Positions 28,891-38,394 of a stretch of 64,000 bases of DNA are shown in pieces (position 1 is the first letter of the stretch; each line of letters starts with the position of its first letter). A program made the position numbers and the translations under genes. Below the pieces are notes generated by a model. That model was not told the origin of the DNA. It was given only the letters and a program-made list of their open reading frames with translations, and made no database searches. Source of the DNA: an uncultured Candidatus Rokubacteria bacterium (lineage in GTDB: Bacteria > Methylomirabilota > Methylomirabilia > Rokubacteriales > DASRDR01); contig CAWGVS010000001.1 in assembly GCA_963826115.1 (NCBI GenBank), forward strand, positions 1 through 64,000, in the 5' to 3' direction.

Positions 28891-30081
28891 ATGAGCGACC
28901 TGCGCGGCACGATCCCGCTCGCGCCGCCGGGCGGCCGGTACGACGCGCCCCTGGCGGGCCGAGACCTCGACACCGCGAGCCGAGCCCTCCGGGTCGCCAT
29001 CGACCTGACGCTCGCGGCGCCCGTCCGGACTGGCGTGGGAGTCTACGCGCGCGAGCTGGCCACCCACCTCGGCGGCCCGACCGTCGAGATGTTTCCGTGG
29101 CGGCACGCGCTCGCCCCGGCGGGGTCCGGGCCGCAGCGGATGCTGCGCGGGCTCCAGCTGACGCGATGGTTCCAGGTCGAGGCGCCGCGGGCCGCCCGCC
29201 GCGACGGGATCGACGTGTTCCACTCCCCGTGTAGCGTGGGCCCGCTCCGCCTGCCCTGCTCCCAGGTGATGACGGTGCACGACGCCGTCGCGCTCACCAT
29301 GCCGTCCCAGTACGGTGCGGTCGATCGCCTCTACTTCCGGCTCTTCAGCGTGATCGCCGCGCGCCGCTCCCGGCTCGTGGTCGTGCCGTCCGCCGCCGCG
29401 CGCGAGGAGATCGCCCGCGCGTACCGCATTCCCGTTGCCCGGCTGCGCGTCATCCCCGAAGCCGCGGCGCCTCGGTTCCGCCCGGTCCCGCCGGCCGAGC
29501 AGGCGGCCGTGCTGGCCCGCCACGGCCTCCGCGCCCCGTACGTCCTCTTCGTGGGCGCGGACGTGCCGAGGAAGAATGTGCCCCGCCTCCTCGAGGCGTA
29601 CGCGGCCGCGCGGCGCGACACCGGCATCGACGCACAGCTCGTGCTGGCCGGGCCGCCCCACCCGGCGACCCGCGCATCTCGGAGGACGGCGCGACGGCTC
29701 GGGCTCGGGTCCGGCCTGCGCCGGCTCGACTGGGTCCCGGACGACGACCTGCCGGCGCTGTACAGCGCCGCCACGTGCCTCGCCTACCCGTCACTCGCCG
29801 AGGGCTTCGGGCTGCCCATCCTGGAGGCGATGGCCTGCGGGACGCCGGTGCTCACCTCGACCTGCTCGGCGATGCCCGAGGTGGCGGGCGATGCGGCGCT
29901 GCTCGTCGATCCCCGGCGCCCCGAGGCGATGGCCAGCGGCCTCGTCCGGCTCCTGACCGAGCCGGGACTCCGCGAGGAGCTCCGGGCCCGCGGCCTCGCG
30001 CGGGCGCGCGGGTTCACGTGGGAGCGCGCGGCACGGGCGACCGAAGCCGTCTACCGGGAGGCCGCCGCCAGCACCGCCTGA
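28891..30081 (+). CDS. Glycosyltransferase family 4 (mannosyltransferase-like)
   Basis: TGVGVYAREL, TVHDA, PRKNVPRL, EGFGLPILEAMACGTPV. Confidence 0.9.
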   Translation: MSDLRGTIPLAPPGGRYDAPLAGRDLDTASRALRVAIDLTLAAPVRTGVGVYARELATHLGGPTVEMFPWRHALAPAGSGPQRMLRGLQLTRWFQVEAPRAARRDGIDVFHSPCSVGPLRLPCSQVMTVHDAVALTMPSQYGAVDRLYFRLFSVIAARRSRLVVVPSAAAREEIARAYRIPVARLRVIPEAAAPRFRPVPPAEQAAVLARHGLRAPYVLFVGADVPRKNVPRLLEAYAAARRDTGIDAQLVLAGPPHPATRASRRTARRLGLGSGLRRLDWVPDDDLPALYSAATCLAYPSLAEGFGLPILEAMACGTPVLTSTCSAMPEVAGDAALLVDPRRPEAMASGLVRLLTEPGLREELRARGLARARGFTWERAARATEAVYREAAASTA

Positions 30082-31073
30082 AGGCGCGGGGTCCACACGC
30101 GGAGCGAATGCTCGGCCTCGACGCGCTCGCGCGCCGCGCGGCCCATCCGCCGGCGCGCCTCGGCGTCCGCGATCAGCCCGGTCAGCGCCTCCTCCCAGGC
30201 CGCCGCGTCGGCCGCCAGCCAGCCCGTCTCGCCGGGACGCACGAGCGTCGGGCCCGCGCCGACCGGCGAGGCCACCGAGGGAATGCCGCACGCCATGTAC
30301 TGGAGGACCTTGTAGCCCGCCTTGGCGCGCGCCCATTCGTCGTCGGGCTGCGGCATGACGCCCACGTCGAGCGCGTGGAGCGCGGCGACCTCCGTCTCCT
30401 CGCTCCACGCGCGCACGCGGATCCCGTCGCCCCCGAGGCGCGGGTCCGCCCCGATCAGCTCGATCCTGACCGCCGGCCGACGCGCGGCCAGGCGGCGCAG
30501 AACGGGCAGGATCGGCTCGAGGTACGGGCTCGTCGCGGGACTGCCGATCCATCCGATCGTGACGGCGGGCCCGCGGGCCGATCCCGCCGGCCGGAAGCGG
30601 TCCGTGTCGACGGGGCTCTCGACGATGACGGTCCGCGGCTGGTGGGGTTTCGCGCGCGCTTCGAGCACGGCCGTCGCGACGGTGGCAACGCGGGCCGCGG
30701 CAAGCATCGCGGCCCAGCGCCGGGCGCGCGGCGCGAGCCAGCGGCTTCCCGGGTCGTCACCGTGGGCGCTCGTGTAGATCGCGTCGTCGCAATCGAAGAC
30801 GAGCGCCCGAGCGCGCCGCGCCAGCAATCGCCGGAGGGGCCCGGGCAGGAGCATCCGCTGGACCAGGGTGACGTCGTGGGCAGGCGCGAGCCGCACGAGG
30901 CGCAGCGCCTGGAGGACCTGGCCCGCGCGCAGCCGCGCGGGGTGGCCCGCCGGCGCCGCCGGCACCACGGTGGCCTGCACGCCCCGCTCCGCCAGGCCGG
31001 GCAGGTGCTGATAGATCCGGACACGGCTCGCCGCGAAGGCCCGGTCACCGGCCGGGCCTAGCAGGAGCTTCAG
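30051..31073 (-). CDS. Glycosyltransferase family 4
   Basis: ASRVRIYQ, VFDCDDAIY, IGWIGS, KVLQYMACGIPSVASPVG; apparent CTG start overlapping the upstream TGA. Confidence 0.82.
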   Translation of the reverse strand: MKLLLGPAGDRAFAASRVRIYQHLPGLAERGVQATVVPAAPAGHPARLRAGQVLQALRLVRLAPAHDVTLVQRMLLPGPLRRLLARRARALVFDCDDAIYTSAHGDDPGSRWLAPRARRWAAMLAAARVATVATAVLEARAKPHQPRTVIVESPVDTDRFRPAGSARGPAVTIGWIGSPATSPYLEPILPVLRRLAARRPAVRIELIGADPRLGGDGIRVRAWSEETEVAALHALDVGVMPQPDDEWARAKAGYKVLQYMACGIPSVASPVGAGPTLVRPGETGWLAADAAAWEEALTGLIADAEARRRMGRAARERVEAEHSLRVWTPRLQAVLAAASR

Positions 31074-32266
31074 CGGAGTCGTCCCCGGCCGTCGAGCACG
31101 CGCTCGTACACGGCGGCCATGGCGACGGCGGCACTGTCCCGCGAGAACTCGCGCTCCGCTCGCGCGCGGCCGGCCGCTCCGAAGGTCGCCCGCGCCACCG
31201 GGTCGGCCAGCAGTCGAAGGAGCGCCGCGGCCAGCGCCTCGGGGCGACTCGGCGGCACCAGGACGCCCGTCACGCCGTCGTCCACGAGGTCGGGCACCCC
31301 GCCGACGGCCGACCCCACCACCGGCCGGCCCGCCGCCATCGCTTCCATGATCACCGTCGGTCGCGAGTCCGGCGTCGTGGGCGGGTGGACCAGGACGTCG
31401 AGAGCCGACAGGATCGCCGGCACGTCGTCTCGCCACCCCGCGAACACCACGCGCGCCCCGAGGCCGAGAGCGCGCGCCAGCGCGAGCATCCGCGCCTTCC
31501 AGTCCGCCTCGCCGGGGAAGAGCGCATCGCCCACGACGAGGCAGCACGCATTGGGCCTGGACGCGGCCACCACGGTCATCGCACGGAGGAGCACGTCGTG
31601 ACCCTTGCCCGCGTTGAAGCGCGCCACCATCCCGACCACTGGGACATCGGGCGCGATGCCGAGCAGCGCGCGCGTCCGGCGACGCGACGCCGGATCCGAT
31701 CGGAACCGCGCGACGTCGATGCCCGGTCTGACGACGGTCAGGCGGCCCACCCGGAGGCCCTCGCGGACGGCCTCGGCCCGGCTCGACTCCGACGGCACCG
31801 TCACCCGGTCGCAGAGGCGGTTCAGGGCCGGCACGAGGAGCCGGCGGCGCGGCCAGGCGAACGCGGCGAGCGGCTCCAGCACCGTCCCGACGACGGGCAC
31901 GCCCGCCGCGCGGCCCGCTCGGCCCACGTAGCCGAGCGCGGGGACGACGAAGGCGTGCACCAGCCCGACCCGATGCGCCGCGAGCGTGCCGCCGAGCGAC
32001 CGGACGACCTGCGCGTGCTCGCCGACGAACCGCCAGACCTCGGCGGGACTCAGGCCACGCCGCGTGACGAAGCGCATTCGCGGCTCCACGATGGCGGGGA
32101 TCGACCGCCGGCCGAGCTCGTCGAGCAGCGGGCCCGGGGCCGCCGTCAGCACGACGGGGCGGAACCGGTCTCGGTCGAGCGCGTCCAGGAGCCCGAGCAG
32201 GATCAGCTCGGCCCCGCCCAGCTGCGAGTAGAAGGCTCCGTAGAGGACCGTCGTCGCGCGCGTCAC
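31070..32266 (-). CDS. Glycosyltransferase family 4
   Basis: LGGAE, KGHDVLL, MEAMAAGRPVVGSAVGGVPD. Confidence 0.88.
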   Translation of the reverse strand: MTRATTVLYGAFYSQLGGAELILLGLLDALDRDRFRPVVLTAAPGPLLDELGRRSIPAIVEPRMRFVTRRGLSPAEVWRFVGEHAQVVRSLGGTLAAHRVGLVHAFVVPALGYVGRAGRAAGVPVVGTVLEPLAAFAWPRRRLLVPALNRLCDRVTVPSESSRAEAVREGLRVGRLTVVRPGIDVARFRSDPASRRRTRALLGIAPDVPVVGMVARFNAGKGHDVLLRAMTVVAASRPNACCLVVGDALFPGEADWKARMLALARALGLGARVVFAGWRDDVPAILSALDVLVHPPTTPDSRPTVIMEAMAAGRPVVGSAVGGVPDLVDDGVTGVLVPPSRPEALAAALLRLLADPVARATFGAAGRARAEREFSRDSAAVAMAAVYERVLDGRGRLR

Positions 32267-32406
32267 CCCACGGCCGATCTGGCGCCGATCGGCGGCGCGC
32301 GTCAAGCCCGCGGCGGCCCCGCGCCTTGAGCGGGCCGACGCGCCAGCGGACAATCACTCCCGGCGGCGCGGCGGGGCCTTCGCGCGCCGCCGGAGGCCCG
32401 GCCGGC

Positions 32407-33225
32407 ATGGAGCGCGCTCCCGTGTACGTGAGTTTGACGACCCTCCCGAGCCGCATCGCGCGGCTCCGGCCCACCCTCGACTCGCTCCGGGCGCAGCGGC
32501 TCGTGCCGGATCGCATCTTCGTCACGCTCCCGCTGCGGTCCGTCCGGGAGGATCGCGCGTACGACGTGCCGGCGTGGCTGGCCGCGCCACCCCCGGGCGT
32601 GGAGCTCGTCCGCTGCGCGACGGACTCCGGGCCCGGCACCCGGCTCCTCGGCTGCCTCCCTCGCCTCGAGGCCGATGCCTGTCTCATCCTGGTGGACGAC
32701 GACATGACCTACCAGCCGTTCCTCGTCGAGCGCCTGGCCGAGGCCCAGCTCACCCGGACCGACGCGGCGTTCAGCTTCCACGTCTTCAAGGTGGGGCGGT
32801 TCGACTGCGGTCAGGCGGCCGACGGCTTCAGCGTCTGGACGCCCAACCTCGCGGGCGTCGAGGCGTTCGCGGCCCGCGTCCTCCGGAGTCGCCACCTCTT
32901 CGTCGAGGACGACTACTGGCTCTCGGTGTTCCTCCGGAGCCGCGGGATTCCCCTGGTGAGCCTGGCGCCCACCTTGCCGCCGGGCACGCGCGTGTGGACG
33001 CCCACGTACACGGAGGGCCAGCTGAGCGCCCTGACCGGAGACCTCCGCCGGTCGAGGGTCCTTCGCGAGGGCACCCGCTTCCTGCTCGTCCGCGGACCCC
33101 TGCCCGCGCGCCATCGGTTCCTGTGCGCGGTGACGTACGCGGAGTGGATCCTCCGCGCGGCCGGGCATCGGCTGCGGCGGGCGTTCCGGCGACGGCTCCC
33201 GGGCGACGGGACCGGACGGCCATGA
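32407..33225 (+). CDS. GT-A fold glycosyltransferase-like protein
   Basis: VSLTTLPSR, DSGPGTRL, ILVDDDMTY (DxD), EDDYWLS. Confidence 0.7.
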   Translation: MERAPVYVSLTTLPSRIARLRPTLDSLRAQRLVPDRIFVTLPLRSVREDRAYDVPAWLAAPPPGVELVRCATDSGPGTRLLGCLPRLEADACLILVDDDMTYQPFLVERLAEAQLTRTDAAFSFHVFKVGRFDCGQAADGFSVWTPNLAGVEAFAARVLRSRHLFVEDDYWLSVFLRSRGIPLVSLAPTLPPGTRVWTPTYTEGQLSALTGDLRRSRVLREGTRFLLVRGPLPARHRFLCAVTYAEWILRAAGHRLRRAFRRRLPGDGTGRP

Positions 33226-34295
33226 GCGGCGTCCGCGTCGTTCTCGCCGACGCGACGAGCCGCTACGACGGCCGGTCGATGGCCGCGCGCCCGCTCGGCG
33301 GCACCGAGACGTCCGTCATCCAGCTGGCGGAGGCCCTCGCGCGGCGCGGCCACGAGGTGACCTGCTGCACCCACGCCGACGGACGGCTCGTCCACAACGG
33401 CGTGACCTGGATTCCTCTGGGGGCCGGCGCGCCGGCGACGTGCGATGTCCTCCTCGCGGTCCAGCACCCGGAGCTACTCTCGGTGGTCCGCCGCCCGGCG
33501 CGACGGGCGCTCTGGGTCGTCTGGGTCCCCACCGGCTTCCGGCGTCCCGGCCGGCTGGCACGCATCTGGTGGCATCGTCCGCGCCCCGTGTTCGTCAGCG
33601 AGTTCCAGGCCCGGACCTATCCCCGCTGGCTCCCCGGCCCGTCGCCCCCGCTGGTCATGCCCTTCGGCCTGCCGGACGCCGTCCGGGGCCGCGGGCCGCT
33701 CGACGCCGCGCCGCCGCCCCGCGCGATCTTCGCGTCCAACCCACAGCGCGACCTCCGGTGGCTGATCGACCTCTGGGCGCGCGCGATCTTGCCCCGGGTG
33801 CCCGGAGCCGAGCTCCTGATCTACGGGATCCGCGACCAAGCGTACCGGTTCGGCGAGCCCTGGGACGAGACCGAGGCCCGGCTCGGTCAGTTCCTGCCGA
33901 CGGATCTCCCGGCCGCCGCCCGGGGGTCCCTTCGGCCGCACGCGCCGGCGGCCAGGGACGCGCTGTGGCACGCCATGCGGGGCGCCCGCGTCATGCTCTA
34001 CGGCGGGCACCCGACCGAGGCGTTCTGTCTGTCCGTCGCCGAGGCGCAGGCGCTCGGCGTCCCCGCGGTCGTGCGTCCGATCGCGGTGATGCCGGAGCGT
34101 GTGCGCGACGGGGCGACGGGCTTCCTCGCCGGCGACGCGGAGACGTTCGCGCGGCGCGCCGTCGACATCCTCACCGACGACGCGCTGTGGCGGCGCCAGC
34201 ACGCGGCGGCGCTCCAGCTCCAGCAGGGCTGGAGCTGGGACGAGATGGCGACCGACTTCGAGACCCGGGTGCTCCGCGCCGCGCCGCGCGCCTGA
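33222..34295 (+). CDS. Glycosyltransferase family 4
   Basis: PLGGTETS..LAEALARRGHEV, SNPQRDL, EAFCLSVAEAQALGVP; ATGA overlap with the previous gene. Confidence 0.82.
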   Translation: MSGVRVVLADATSRYDGRSMAARPLGGTETSVIQLAEALARRGHEVTCCTHADGRLVHNGVTWIPLGAGAPATCDVLLAVQHPELLSVVRRPARRALWVVWVPTGFRRPGRLARIWWHRPRPVFVSEFQARTYPRWLPGPSPPLVMPFGLPDAVRGRGPLDAAPPPRAIFASNPQRDLRWLIDLWARAILPRVPGAELLIYGIRDQAYRFGEPWDETEARLGQFLPTDLPAAARGSLRPHAPAARDALWHAMRGARVMLYGGHPTEAFCLSVAEAQALGVPAVVRPIAVMPERVRDGATGFLAGDAETFARRAVDILTDDALWRRQHAAALQLQQGWSWDEMATDFETRVLRAAPRA

Positions 34296-34301
34296 CCCGG
34301 C

Positions 34302-34799
34302 CTACCCGGCGTAGACGCGCTGGAGCTTCCCGATGTCGAGCTTCTTCATCTGGAGCATCGCCTCCATGGCGCGCTTGGACTTCGCCGGATCGGGATCCAT
34401 CAGCATCCGGGTCAGGACCGTCGGCACGACTTGCCACGACAGGCCGAACTTGTCCTTGAGCCACCCGCACTGCTGGGCGTTCGGGTCGCCGCCAGCCGAG
34501 AGCTTGCTCCAGTAGTGGTCCACCTCCTCCTGGGTCTCGCAGTAGATCTGGAAGGAGATGGCCTCGCTGAACTTGAAGAGGGGCCCGCCGTTCAGCGCGG
34601 TGAACGGCTGCCCGTTTAGCTCGAAGCTCACGACCATGACCGAGCCCGGCGGCCGGCCGTGCACCTCCTGCCCCGCCTCCGAATAGTGGGAGATCTCCAG
34701 GATCTTGGAATTCTTGAAGATCCCGACATAGAAGCGGGCGGCCTCCTCGGCGCGGTCGTCGAACCAGAGGCACGGGGCGATCTTGTGGATCGAGGGCAT
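34302..34799 (-). CDS. VOC family protein (PhnB/3-demethylubiquinone-9 3-methyltransferase-like)
   Basis: KIAPCLWFD..AEEAARFY, ALNGGP, CGWLKDKFGLSWQV. Confidence 0.92.
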   Translation of the reverse strand: MPSIHKIAPCLWFDDRAEEAARFYVGIFKNSKILEISHYSEAGQEVHGRPPGSVMVVSFELNGQPFTALNGGPLFKFSEAISFQIYCETQEEVDHYWSKLSAGGDPNAQQCGWLKDKFGLSWQVVPTVLTRMLMDPDPAKSKRAMEAMLQMKKLDIGKLQRVYAG

Positions 34800-34985
34800 G
34801 AGGGTCCTCCTGGTCTCGTGGGTCGGGGACGTCCGTCCCCTTTCCCTCTAGTCGACCGCGGGGACCCCGGATCGACATCTCCGAGAGCGCCCTCGCCCGA
34901 CCGGGGAGTCAGGCCGCCGAGACGGTGCGGGCGGCGGACGTCATGGGCCCGATCCCCGGTAGTCCGGGAACGGGCGCGCCGGATG

Positions 34986-35543
34986 TTACGGGCTCACCTG
35001 CCGGACGAACAGGGCGGATCCGGCGAGCACCGAGCCCACGCCCGGCGGGCTCTCGGGCACCGCCAGGGTCCAGAGCATGGCGAGCTGCTCCTGGGCGCCG
35101 GCCGTCTGGTAGTGCCCGATCCACGTCCCGACGGACGGACAGGCGGACAGGCTGAGCGTCCAGGCGACCGCGTTGCCGTTCACCGTGCCGCCGAGCGGCC
35201 TCGGGGCCGGGGTCAGCGAGGTCGCCAGGCCGCAGGGGAAGCCCGGCGCGAACGTGCCCGTGAGCGTGCCCGTCGTCGGGTCGATCGTGAGATCGGCGAT
35301 CGAGCCGTCCTGGCTCCGCCACGTCGACCGGCCCGCCGGGATCGTCTGAGCGGGGCTGGCGGGCGCGACCACCGGGCTGGGGGCCGGCACCGGGAACGGC
35401 GCGGGCGCCGCAGGGGTGGCGCTGGGCGTCGTGGGAGTTGCCGGCGCCGGAGTCGGGCCCGTGGTCGGCGGAGACTGGGCGATGGTGAGGCCCGCCATCG
35501 CGAGCACGACGGCGATGGTGACGAGGCGAAGTGCGCGGCTCAT
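34986..35543 (-). CDS. Secreted avidin/streptavidin family protein with Pro/Thr-rich linker
   Basis: Signal peptide; W-x-x-Q-x-G-S, GTLTGTF, AWT, S-x-x-TW-x-G-x-Y, LWTL, SVLAG-x-x-x-F align to the avidin beta-strands. Confidence 0.75.
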   Translation of the reverse strand: MSRALRLVTIAVVLAMAGLTIAQSPPTTGPTPAPATPTTPSATPAAPAPFPVPAPSPVVAPASPAQTIPAGRSTWRSQDGSIADLTIDPTTGTLTGTFAPGFPCGLATSLTPAPRPLGGTVNGNAVAWTLSLSACPSVGTWIGHYQTAGAQEQLAMLWTLAVPESPPGVGSVLAGSALFVRQVSP

Positions 35544-35598
35544 GAGGGACCTCCCTCGAGAGATTGGCGCGGCGCCTCCGCGTGGCGCCACACTCCCG

Positions 35599-35628
35599 AG
35601 TCTAGGAGTCGCCTCCCGGCCGCGTCAA
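35599..35628 (-). promoter_or_regulatory. Putative sigma70 promoter of the avidin-like gene
   Basis: Minus strand TTGACG-N18-TAGACT. Confidence 0.4.
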
Positions 35629-35703
35629 ATTTCTGGTGCGTCGACGGCGTCGCGCCGCCGATCGGCCCGTCGCGCTTCCCGCATCCGGGACGAGCCCGGG
35701 AGC

Positions 35704-36504
35704 CTAGCCCGCCGGCCAGCGCGCGGCGCGCTTCTCGGCGAAGGAGGCGAGACCCTCGCCGGCCTCCGCCGACTGGCGCTTGGCGGCGTGGCTCTCGACC
35801 AGGGCGGCGAAGGTCGCGTCGTCGAGGTCGCTCCAGGCCGAGCGCAGGATCCAGGCCTTGGTCTCGGCGATGGCCTCGGGGCCGTTCTGGAGGAGGTGGT
35901 CGACGATCCGCGCCCCTTCCCGCTCGAGGTCCGCGAGCGGCACCACCACGTGCGCGAGCCCGAGGCGGCGCGCCTCTTCGGCGCCGAAGCGCTCACCGGT
36001 CAGGGCGTAGCGGCGCAGCTGCCGCACGCCGATGGCATCGGCGAGCAGCGGGACGATCGGCGCCGCGGTGAGCCCCCAGCGCGCCTCGGCGATCGAGAAC
36101 AGCGCGTTGTCCGCCGCCACCACGACGTCCGAGGCCGCGGCGATGCCGGTCCCGCCGCCGAAGCAGGCCCCCTGCACGAGCGCGATGGTCGGGACCGGCG
36201 CCGCGTTGAGCCGCTGCATCGCCCAGGCGGTCGCGCGCGACACGCGGAGGTTCTCTTCGCGGGACGCCCGGCGTACGGCGCCGATCCACGTGAGGTCCGC
36301 GCCCGCCTGGAAGTGCCGGCCGTTCCCCTTGACCACCACGGCGCGCAGGCCGCGCGCCCGCTCGAGCGCGTCGAGGGCCGCCAGGATCCCCTCGATCAGG
36401 GCGCCGTCGTAGGCGTTGTTCACCTCGGGTCGGTTGAGCGTGACGGTCGCGACGCCGCGCGCGTCGATCTCCCAGAGCACCGGGCCGGCCGCTGGCGTGG
36501 TCAT
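35704..36504 (-). CDS. Enoyl-CoA hydratase/isomerase (methylglutaconyl-CoA hydratase-like)
   Basis: TLNRPEVNNA, FQAGADL, GACFGGG, EARWGL, LTGERF. Confidence 0.88.
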   Translation of the reverse strand: MTTPAAGPVLWEIDARGVATVTLNRPEVNNAYDGALIEGILAALDALERARGLRAVVVKGNGRHFQAGADLTWIGAVRRASREENLRVSRATAWAMQRLNAAPVPTIALVQGACFGGGTGIAAASDVVVAADNALFSIAEARWGLTAAPIVPLLADAIGVRQLRRYALTGERFGAEEARRLGLAHVVVPLADLEREGARIVDHLLQNGPEAIAETKAWILRSAWSDLDDATFAALVESHAAKRQSAEAGEGLASFAEKRAARWPAG

Positions 36505-36506
36505 GG

Positions 36507-37103
36507 TCAGCGATCCAAGGGGTTGGCAGCCACCCGCGCGGCGAAGCCGCGGCCGACGAACGTCGCCGCCAGGCTGTCCGGCTTCCGTCGCGCCTGGTCC
36601 TGGAAGCACGCGACGAACTCCCGGGCGAGCCCGAGCCGCGGGTAGCGCGCGAGCACGTCGGCGCGGAGGTCCGCGGGAATGTCCTCGGTCCGCCGGCCCG
36701 AGATGTCCATGCCCGTCGACAGCTCGAGAAGATGTCCCTCCGGGTCCTCGGCGACGTCCACCGCGTCCCACATGTGGCGGACGATCACCTCCGCCACACG
36801 CCGGCGGCGCGGCACGGGCCAGCCGGCGCCCGCGGCGAAGACCCAGGCGACGTGCCCGCCCGCCTCCTCGAACGCCACCGTGTGGCTGTCGAACTCCCTC
36901 ACGAGGCCCACGTCGTGGAGCATCGCCGCGACGTAGAGGAGCTCCGCGTCGAAGGCGATCCCCTTCGTGGGAGCGTACCCGGCGGCCCACAGGTAGGCGC
37001 GCACGGAATGGTTCAGGAGGGCAGGCGAGCAGTACGCCGTCGCCGCCTCGAGCGCGTGCCGGCAGGTCGCGGTGTCGGGGATGTGGAGGTCGTCGAGGCG
37101 CAT
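36507..37103 (-). CDS. HD domain protein (cyanamide hydratase-like)
   Basis: NHSVRAYLW, AMLHDVGL, FEEAGG. Confidence 0.8.
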   Translation of the reverse strand: MRLDDLHIPDTATCRHALEAATAYCSPALLNHSVRAYLWAAGYAPTKGIAFDAELLYVAAMLHDVGLVREFDSHTVAFEEAGGHVAWVFAAGAGWPVPRRRRVAEVIVRHMWDAVDVAEDPEGHLLELSTGMDISGRRTEDIPADLRADVLARYPRLGLAREFVACFQDQARRKPDSLAATFVGRGFAARVAANPLDR

Positions 37104-37239
37104 GGCTTCTCCTGGGAGGTCGGGGTTGTGTGGGTCACCCTCTGCTCTCCGGATGCTATGCCGGACGGCGGCGCCGGATCAACGAGGGTCGCCCCCGCGG
37201 CACGGCGATCCGTCCCAATGTTGGTACCCTGGGGCCGAG

Positions 37240-38346
37240 ATGAAGGTCCTGGTGGTCGGCGCGGGGCCCGCCGGGCTGTACCTCGCCTACCTGCTCAAGC
37301 GGAGCGACCCGGGCTGCGCGGTGCGCGTCGTCGAGCAGAACGCGGCGGACTCGACGTTCGGCTTCGGCGTGGTGTTCTCGGACCGGGCCCTCGAGTTCCT
37401 GCGCGCCGGCGACGCCGAGACCTACGACGCCATCGTCCCGCGGATGGAGGTCTGGAGCGACCTGACCGTGGTCCACCGCGGCACGCCGGTAGTGATCGAC
37501 GGCATCGGCTTCGCCGCGATCGGCCGCCTGGCCTTCCTCGGGCTCCTGCAGCAGCGCCTGGCGAGCGTGGGGATCCGGCCGGAGTTCGAGCGACGCGTCG
37601 AGAGCCCGCGCGAGCTCGACGGCCACGACCTCGTCGTCGCGGCCGACGGCGCCAACTCCTACGTCCGCTCGACGGCCGACTTCGGCACCACCGTCCGGAC
37701 GCTCGGCAACCGGTTCGCCTGGTTCGGCACGACCAGGGTCTTCCCGACGCTCACGCAGACGTTCGTCGAGAACGAGGACGGGGCCTTCAACGCGCACCAC
37801 TACCGCCACGCGCCGGGGATGAGCACTTTCGTCCTCGAATGCGACCCGGCGACCTGGCAGCGCGCCGGCTTCGCCGCGATGAGCGAGGCGGCGACGCTCG
37901 CCTACGGCGAGCGCGTGTTCGCGGAGACGCTGGACGGGCACCGGCTCGTCTCGAACCGGTCCGTGTGGCGCAACTTCCCGAACGTCAGAAACGCGCGCTG
38001 GTCGGCGGGCCACCTCGTGCTGATCGGCGACGCCCTGCGCACGGCGCACTTCTCCATCGGATCGGGCACGCGGCTTGCCATGGAGGACGCCATCGCGCTG
38101 GCGCGCGCGCTCGCCGAGCACGGCCAGGCGATCCCCGAGGCGCTGGCGGCGTTCGAGGCCGGGCGCCGGCCGGTCGTCGAGAAGCTCGTGGCGGCGGCCG
38201 ACGCGAGCGGCGACTGGTACGACCGCTTCCCCGAGCACATGAAGCTCGCGCCCCGCGAGCTCGCCTGGAGCTACGTCCAACGCAGCGGCCGGATCGACCC
38301 CGCCCGGCTCCGGACCATCTCCCCGAAGTTCGTCGACGCCGGCTAG
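37240..38346 (+). CDS. FAD-dependent monooxygenase (resembles the N-terminal module of salicylyl-CoA 5-hydroxylase)
   Basis: GAGPAG, TFGFGVVFSD, DGANS, GDALRTAHFSIGSGTRLAMEDA. Confidence 0.88.
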   Translation: MKVLVVGAGPAGLYLAYLLKRSDPGCAVRVVEQNAADSTFGFGVVFSDRALEFLRAGDAETYDAIVPRMEVWSDLTVVHRGTPVVIDGIGFAAIGRLAFLGLLQQRLASVGIRPEFERRVESPRELDGHDLVVAADGANSYVRSTADFGTTVRTLGNRFAWFGTTRVFPTLTQTFVENEDGAFNAHHYRHAPGMSTFVLECDPATWQRAGFAAMSEAATLAYGERVFAETLDGHRLVSNRSVWRNFPNVRNARWSAGHLVLIGDALRTAHFSIGSGTRLAMEDAIALARALAEHGQAIPEALAAFEAGRRPVVEKLVAAADASGDWYDRFPEHMKLAPRELAWSYVQRSGRIDPARLRTISPKFVDAG

Positions 38347-38394
38347 CGTCCTGCGAGCCGGCGCCTGCGGCCCCGGCGCGCCGGGGCCGGCCAG

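Noticed and set aside
30051-32705. 884-aa ORF as one giant glycosyltransferase
   Set aside because: Only the last ~340 codons are GT4-like; the rest overlaps another GT4 in a different frame.
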